A stretch of 64,000 nucleotides of DNA from Promethearchaeota archaeon (GTDB lineage Archaea > Asgardarchaeota > Thorarchaeia > Thorarchaeales > Thorarchaeaceae). A program made the position numbers and the translations under genes. Positions 58,664 to 64,000 of the stretch are shown here, one piece after another. The stretch's first letter is position 1, and each line of letters starts with the position of its first letter. The DNA is taken from NCBI GenBank assembly GCA_048939765.1, contig JBHLPF010000002.1:52163-116162 (forward strand), in the 5' to 3' direction. The notes below the pieces were generated by a model. It saw only the letters and a list, made by a program, of their open reading frames with translations. It did no database searches and was not told the DNA's origin.

Positions 58664-59038
58664 TCAACTTGAATGACGGTTTCCAATGTACCCAATTGCA
58701 TATCCAAGTAGGGCTCCCCCCACACTTGCCGTCACAAATATGACATATACAATCGGAGGGATTGTAAATGGAGGGTTAGCCAAAGGCGGAATCTCGAGGA
58801 GCTTGAAGCTGCGATGCAAAAAGAAGAGCTCGAAGTTTGTGAACTCTGGATTCAATTGAAGAAAGAATGGATAGACCAATCCCATTTTCCCAAAAAGCCC
58901 AATTACAAAACCTAGCATCAATGGTGTAATGAGATAGCGCTTCTTGCCTGAAAGATATCTTCCGAATACAGCACCAATAAGACCAGACAAAAGCATCGCG
59001 GTTTGTATAGGGAAGTGGTTGCTAAAGAGGCTAATCAT
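58664..59038 (-). CDS. Hypothetical membrane protein
   Basis: Three hydrophobic Gly-rich helices. Confidence 0.55.
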   Translation of the reverse strand: MISLFSNHFPIQTAMLLSGLIGAVFGRYLSGKKRYLITPLMLGFVIGLFGKMGLVYPFFLQLNPEFTNFELFFLHRSFKLLEIPPLANPPFTIPPIVYVIFVTASVGGALLGYAIGYIGNRHSS

Positions 59039-59087
59039 CTGAGAAGCATAGCTTTGGAATTTCGAACTTCCTTCCTTGAATTCCTAA

Positions 59088-59492
59088 TTATGTATTCCAA
59101 GGCGATTCTGGGTCTATTCTTACAAAAGCCAAAATCAGATTTCCCCGTACCTCATCAAACTTGTACACTCCAAATACTAGTTCGCCATCAGCTGAGGTCC
59201 ACTCGAATCGTCTTCGATTTAGTGTCCGACGAAAGAGTCTGCGTGCGTGTTTTCTGCAGATTGAGAATAGATTCTTGTTCCGCTTTCTCTGCGAGGGACG
59301 GATCCCCCACTTTTCAAGAATGAATCTGTTTGCGAGACTGTTTGAGGACAACAGGACTGATTTCCTGTGTTGTTTATTGCTTATGGATGCCGAAAGCAGT
59401 CCCTTGAGTATGATTGGGAGGTCTGCCATTGCAGAGGGCGTGGTTCTTCTTTCGGTTTCTATACTGGTTTGGTCTGGCCATGCGTCAGTCAT
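59088..59492 (-). CDS. Basic hypothetical protein
   Basis: GGAGG RBS before ATG; Arg/Lys-rich central helix. Confidence 0.7.
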   Translation of the reverse strand: MTDAWPDQTSIETERRTTPSAMADLPIILKGLLSASISNKQHRKSVLLSSNSLANRFILEKWGIRPSQRKRNKNLFSICRKHARRLFRRTLNRRRFEWTSADGELVFGVYKFDEVRGNLILAFVRIDPESPWNT

Positions 59493-59683
59493 AACAGGGT
59501 CCTCCTGCTGCCTCGTGCTAGCTGCCAGTTGCTAGTATGTGCAATCCAATTTGAACCACACCAAAAATAGACTTGCTTCATAGTGTCGAAAATGTCATGG
59601 AAAGCGCAGCTTGATGGCAACTGTTATAAGGCAACTCCAAAAGGCGAACTAGCCTCAGACCAGTCCAGATGAGGTTATAGACC

Positions 59684-60139
59684 ATGTCCGAGGAATATCG
59701 ACATATCGTACGTGTGGCCGGTCGTGACATCGACGGTCAAGAGAATCTACTCCAGGGTCTGACCCGGATCAGTGGAGTGGGCCTTAGGCTATCAAAGGCG
59801 ATTCTCCTCCAGCTGAAGCTTAATCCTTACAGCAGATTGGGCTATTTAACGGATGACCAAATCAGTAAGATTGAGAAGATTGTTAAAGATCCTGTGGGAA
59901 TTGGACTCCCGCACTGGTATGTCAACAGGTCACGTGATCGTACAAGCGGAAGGAACCTTCATCTCACCGGTCCCGACTTGGATTTTGCCCACAGAAGCGA
60001 TATTGACCGCCTCAAACGCATCCGGTCTTGGAGAGGAGTTCGGCATTCACTTGGTCTGAAGGTGAGAGGTCAGCATACTCGGACAACCGGTCGTGGTGGA
60101 GCAGCTGTGGGAGTATCACGAAAGAAACTCAAGACATAG
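59684..60139 (+). CDS. rps13: 30S ribosomal protein S13 (uS13)
   Basis: RHIVRVAGRDIDG, GVG, WYVNR, RSWRGVRH..GLKVRGQHTRTTGR. Confidence 0.98.
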   Translation: MSEEYRHIVRVAGRDIDGQENLLQGLTRISGVGLRLSKAILLQLKLNPYSRLGYLTDDQISKIEKIVKDPVGIGLPHWYVNRSRDRTSGRNLHLTGPDLDFAHRSDIDRLKRIRSWRGVRHSLGLKVRGQHTRTTGRGGAAVGVSRKKLKT

Positions 60140-60159
60140 ATCAATGAGGTCAGGATAGA

Positions 60160-60831
60160 ATGGGAGATCCAAGGCGCCAGAAGAAGAAGTACGTGAGTCC
60201 GAAGCGTCCCTATGATAGTGACCGGTTCGAGAGTGAATTGCAGTTCATTGGTTCATATGGGCTTAGAAACAAGAGAGAACTGTGGAGACATAAAACGGAG
60301 CTCTCCCGCTACAGGAGACAAGCTCGAAACCTTCTCGCTCTGACAGCTGAAGAACGAGCCACTCTGGAGTCTGACCTTATTGGGAAACTTGTCCGCCTTG
60401 GGGCCCTCACTGGTGAGCAGACGCTGGACAGCGTACTTGACCTAACACTTGAGAATCTACTCGAGCGCAGATTACAGACCCTGGTGTTCAGAAAAGGAAT
60501 GGCTAGCTCAACACATCATGCTAGACAACTCGTGACTCATGGACATATTGCACTCGATCAAGCCAAGGTCACTACTCCCTCCCGACTTATCACAGTTGCA
60601 GAAGAAGGCCGAATCAGCTATACCACCAAGTCTCCTCTGAACGATGAATCACATCCTGCACGTATTGCAGCCTCGACGGCAGCTCAAAGGATAACTGCTG
60701 AAGATACAGAGGAAGACTTTGAGGAGGAAGAACGTGCTCCTCGAGGGCGCAGACGCATGCCTGACTCTGGAGAGTTCAGGGACTCAAAGCCAGGACCAGA
60801 TGAACGAAGGGGCAGAGGTGACAGAGATTGA
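60160..60831 (+). CDS. rps4: 30S ribosomal protein S4 (uS4) with charged C-terminal extension
   Basis: [33 protein letters not shown]. Confidence 0.98.
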   Translation: MGDPRRQKKKYVSPKRPYDSDRFESELQFIGSYGLRNKRELWRHKTELSRYRRQARNLLALTAEERATLESDLIGKLVRLGALTGEQTLDSVLDLTLENLLERRLQTLVFRKGMASSTHHARQLVTHGHIALDQAKVTTPSRLITVAEEGRISYTTKSPLNDESHPARIAASTAAQRITAEDTEEDFEEEERAPRGRRRMPDSGEFRDSKPGPDERRGRGDRD

Positions 60832-61229
60832 GTAGAACGGAAGAGCGTGACAAATGGGCGGTTGCTCATATCTACGCGTCCTATAACGATACCATTGTTC
60901 ACATTACTGACATAACTGGCGCTGAAACCATCGCCCGATACAGTGGTGGGATGATGGTCAAGGCTGACCGAAACGAATCCTCCCCGCATGCGGCCATGCA
61001 AGCTGCTTTTCAGGCTGCAAGAGAAGCCAAAGACAAGGGAGTTTACGGAATTCACATCAGAGTACGCGCTCCAGGTGGCAGTGGCCCAAAGACACCAGGC
61101 CCTGGAGCCCAAGCTGCGATACGAGCACTGAGTAGAGCAGGTCTGAGAATTGGAATCATTGATGAGGTTACACCCATTCCTCATGATGGCACAAGAAAGC
61201 CTGGCGGACGTCGAGGCAGACGCGTCTAA
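60828..61229 (+). CDS. rps11: 30S ribosomal protein S11 (uS11)
   Basis: [45 protein letters not shown]. Confidence 0.98.
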   Translation: MSRTEERDKWAVAHIYASYNDTIVHITDITGAETIARYSGGMMVKADRNESSPHAAMQAAFQAAREAKDKGVYGIHIRVRAPGGSGPKTPGPGAQAAIRALSRAGLRIGIIDEVTPIPHDGTRKPGGRRGRRV

Positions 61230-61263
61230 AGCACACTCGTTTGAATCTCATATTGGTTCCTAC

Positions 61264-62598
61264 TCATGGGAAATGCCAATTATCAATTAGACTCTCCGGA
61301 ATACCCGAATTCTTGCGATTTGTCCTTTCAAGAGGCCTCGTTAAATGCCTCTGTGCTCGCGCCGGAGGGAGATAGACTTTCTCCTCTAGTTCCCTTTCAA
61401 TGGCAACTTCTTTCTTGGTACCACTGGGTTCTCTGAATCCGCACCTGATGCATTTGTAGCCCTGTCCTTTTCCAGCACTCTTCATTCTCTTGGAGCAATT
61501 GGGGCAAAGTGGATTGAGCATCTTGATTCTCTTCACCAGATTGATGGTTTCGATTCCTTCCACGTTCAAAGTAAGGCCATGCGTTCTTGAGGCTGGACGG
61601 ACTGCAGCATGAATAAACACCTGATCACCTTTTGTCAATCTGGCCACGGTTTCTCTGAACTCTCCCGTGGGCTCATAGGCAGCGCAATCGATTTGCCCTG
61701 AGCAGTCACTAATTCCGAAGATCGCGTGTCCCCCTTCAATCATCTTAGGCTCTCTCTCTATTACGCCATGCACTATTGCGGCCATATAGGGTCGTAAATC
61801 GGCGATATAGACGACATTCTTAAGATGTGCTCCTGTGCCTTGATTGCTTCTGAAGACCATCCATCTCTCAATAGCAGAGTCACTCTGGACATAGGACGCT
61901 GCAGATATCACATCCTCTGAATTCTCACCTCGTATCCCATATAGAACTGGATCAGGACCGTGAGGTGTAATAAGCGTTCTATCTCTTCCCAAGTCAATGC
62001 TAGAGAACAGCCGCTCTCCCATTACACGATTCATCTCAGCCACCGAGTCGTCATGAACACCACGCGGCTCGGCTGATGATTCCATGGAGCGATAAGCTAT
62101 GAACTCGTACGTATGATCTTGAGGAAGTCGATTCCCAACTGCAGCGAGGGCACCAATTAGACCACGCCCATTTCCATCGTAGATATGTTGGATGCTATTT
62201 CTCTCGAGTATTCGTTTAGTGATTGCAATCGGAACTGTCCGCCAAAGGGCTTTCTCAGAGAATTTGTGAACTTCTTCTGGAATTGGTCCCTCGACCAGGA
62301 CCACTCCTGGATTGGTATTTGGATAGTCCAGCTCCACATATTTCTGAATCAGTTTCTTCAATTCTGGGAGAAGGTCTGGAGCTTCTTCAGTTTCAATTCT
62401 GAATCTTAAGGCGACTGCTCCATTTCCTCGGGTTCTGAAGGGAATATTCGGGTTCAGTCGGATCAGATTCGGATAGTCTATCCATTGTGCTCCCCATTCT
62501 GTGAGCATCTCAACAACAAGACTGGCGAAGTGGGTGGTACAACCACCTCTGGGGCTATCAATGTCATCCATTCCAAGATGTATCTCTTTGGACATCAT
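61264..62598 (-). CDS. tiaS: tRNA(Ile2) agmatinylcytidine synthase
   Basis: GMDDIDS..GGCTT, LIRLNPNIPFRTRGNG, PHGPDPVLYGIRG, AYEPTG, CPNC...CIRC, HLTRP. Confidence 0.95.
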   Translation of the reverse strand: MMSKEIHLGMDDIDSPRGGCTTHFASLVVEMLTEWGAQWIDYPNLIRLNPNIPFRTRGNGAVALRFRIETEEAPDLLPELKKLIQKYVELDYPNTNPGVVLVEGPIPEEVHKFSEKALWRTVPIAITKRILERNSIQHIYDGNGRGLIGALAAVGNRLPQDHTYEFIAYRSMESSAEPRGVHDDSVAEMNRVMGERLFSSIDLGRDRTLITPHGPDPVLYGIRGENSEDVISAASYVQSDSAIERWMVFRSNQGTGAHLKNVVYIADLRPYMAAIVHGVIEREPKMIEGGHAIFGISDCSGQIDCAAYEPTGEFRETVARLTKGDQVFIHAAVRPASRTHGLTLNVEGIETINLVKRIKMLNPLCPNCSKRMKSAGKGQGYKCIRCGFREPSGTKKEVAIERELEEKVYLPPARAQRHLTRPLERTNRKNSGIPESLIDNWHFP

Positions 62599-62873
62599 GA
62601 TTTATTCGCCTGACATAGTTGGCAGATTGTCGCCTCATTTTTCTTGGTACCGTGATCTTCACAGACCAGCCGCCCACACTCGTTGCAAGCACGTGATGAT
62701 AACTGCTCCTCACAGATGAAGCATCGAGCTTCTATGCAAGTGAGACATACTCCATCAGATGCACACTCTTTACAGCTGAATGCCCCACACATATTGCAGC
62801 GTTCAAGGTCTGCACTTTCTGTGCCGCAGATTTCACAAGAACCGCCAGGAGTAAAGCGTATCAACTCGTTCAT
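62595..62873 (-). CDS. Small tandem zinc-finger protein
   Basis: Eight CxxC/CxxH pairs in 92 aa; stop overlaps the tiaS start. Confidence 0.75.
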   Translation of the reverse strand: MNELIRFTPGGSCEICGTESADLERCNMCGAFSCKECASDGVCLTCIEARCFICEEQLSSRACNECGRLVCEDHGTKKNEATICQLCQANKS

Positions 62874-62930
62874 CCTTTCCGAGAGTTGAGGGGAAGCCTG
62901 AAATCTGTTGCGCAACTACACAACACTGTC

Positions 62931-63476
62931 ATGGAGCGTAGTTCCGACTCCCCAAGAGTCATCATCTATCACGCTGCTCAGTGTGACCCAAAGAAATGCA
63001 CGGGTCTACGCTTGGGTAGAAGGAAGCGAGCTGTGATAGTAAAGGACCAACGACGAATTCCCAGAGGTGCCGTGATTCTCAACCCCGTGTCGGAAATAGC
63101 ATTCTCTCCTGCTGACCATGTATATGTGGACAGATCAGGTCTGGTTGCATTAGACTGTTCTTGGAAGCAAGCCGAGGCTGTCTTCAAGAAGTTTCGAGGA
63201 AACAACCAGAGGGCTCTTCCATACTTAATCGCAGCTAATCCAATCAATACGTACAAACCAATCAAGCTCTCAACAGCGGAGGCTATTGCCGCTGCACTCT
63301 ACATTCTTGGTGATATTGATGCTGCAAAGGACACATTGTCTATCTTCAAGTGGGGGCCTTCGTTCATTACATTGAACAGAGAATGGCTAGATTCCTACGC
63401 ATCCTGTACCAATAGCTCAGAGATTGTACAGGTTCAGACTGAGATAATGAAAGAACATCAGAAGATGAAAGAATGA
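62931..63476 (+). CDS. tsr3: rRNA aminocarboxypropyltransferase Tsr3 (DUF367)
   Basis: QCDPKKCTG, LDCSW, RALPYLIAANP.N, KLSTAEA, FKWG. Confidence 0.95.
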   Translation: MERSSDSPRVIIYHAAQCDPKKCTGLRLGRRKRAVIVKDQRRIPRGAVILNPVSEIAFSPADHVYVDRSGLVALDCSWKQAEAVFKKFRGNNQRALPYLIAANPINTYKPIKLSTAEAIAAALYILGDIDAAKDTLSIFKWGPSFITLNREWLDSYASCTNSSEIVQVQTEIMKEHQKMKE

Positions 63477-63484
63477 ATGAAGTA

Positions 63485-63834
63485 TGGCTCTGGTCCGAAG
63501 AATAGCCCCGATTCTGTTCCACCCCATCTCGTCGCCAAGTTGGGGTCTTGCGACATCAGACTAAGCTCTCTACCCTTTGCCTCCTGTCGACAATCAACGG
63601 CAAAATCTTGAGATTGCTGCCCGGTGATGGACCGTTTCAACCATTCCAGATCAGTCCTCAACAGCTTGAATTGCTGCATCATCGTCAGATCTGACCTGGG
63701 GGTGTCGTTTCTGTTTCTAGAGCGAGGTTCTCACCTCCCCGTATCAACGGGACCGGCGTCGACTTGCAGTCGGGAACTTCCTCAGCTCTTGTCCGTGGAC
63801 AAGTACCGTCAGTCGCTCTTTCGCTCCAGAGCCA
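63485..63834 (-). ncRNA. rnpB: RNase P RNA
   Basis: On the minus strand: P1 ends TGGCTCTGG/CCAGAGCCA, GAGGAAGTTCCCGAC (CR-I), ACAGAAACGAC, TGAAACGG, AACAGAATCGGGGCTAT (CR-V). Confidence 0.92.
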
Positions 63835-63877
63835 CCTGGCAGTTATGTATAAGTTCTCATAAAAAGATGGTCCAACC

Positions 63878-64000
63878 TCAATCAGTTGGCCTCTTCCTCC
63901 ACATCACCGGATATCGGCCCCTCTCCATGAATACCCGTTCAGTGACAGCTACAATTCCACTCTTCGCCTTGAGAATAGCATCAGATGTCTTGCTGCATCT
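63878..64000 (-). CDS. cbf5: C-terminus of pseudouridine synthase Cbf5 (partial)
   Basis: Manual translation ...KSGIVAVTERVFMERGRYPVMWRKRPTD*, matching the Cbf5/dyskerin GIVA...RV.M....YP..W tail. Confidence 0.85.
   Translation of the reverse strand, partial: RCSKTSDAILKAKSGIVAVTERVFMERGRYPVMWRKRPTD

Noticed and set aside
63458-63682. 74 aa ORF on the minus strand
   Set aside because: It lies within the RNase P RNA gene.

Overview
A gene-dense archaeal chromosome segment (about 48% GC by eye, many TTG/GTG starts, GGAGG/GAGG ribosome-binding sites). It carries a true actin, a two-domain gelsolin and a Rab-like small GTPase, so it is most likely an Asgard archaeon (Thorarchaeia is my inference). 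Contents in order: the proteasome/exosome superoperon (PsmA, SBDS, Rrp4/41/42, eL43, Brix, Pcc1, prefoldin beta, DUF3194, DHH), an ECF transporter module, histidine utilisation genes (hutU/H/I), and t6A/tRNA modification genes (Cgi121, THUMP, Sua5). Next is an unusual block around actin: an FG-GAP propeller, a stand-alone primase-large-subunit-like Fe-S protein, a SAMHD1-like HD hydrolase, a Mini-III-like RNase and an HTH-CARF regulator. After that come a Pro-rich/coiled-coil protein with a degenerate GTPase, TyrRS, a NYN-LOTUS nuclease, an orphan DNA methyltransferase followed by an ATPase-dead MCM-like protein, gelsolin, metabolic and repair genes, an intron-containing tRNA-Ser(GGA), uS13-uS4-uS11, TiaS, Tsr3, RNase P RNA and the end of Cbf5. 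The best candidates for undescribed biology are (i) the methyltransferase plus pseudo-ATPase MCM paralogue, (ii) the HTH-CARF/Mini-III operon facing a structured actin transcript, and (iii) the PriL-like Fe-S protein paired with the HD hydrolase. All family calls are motif recognition by eye; no database searches were run. No CRISPR array, rRNA or mobile element was seen.
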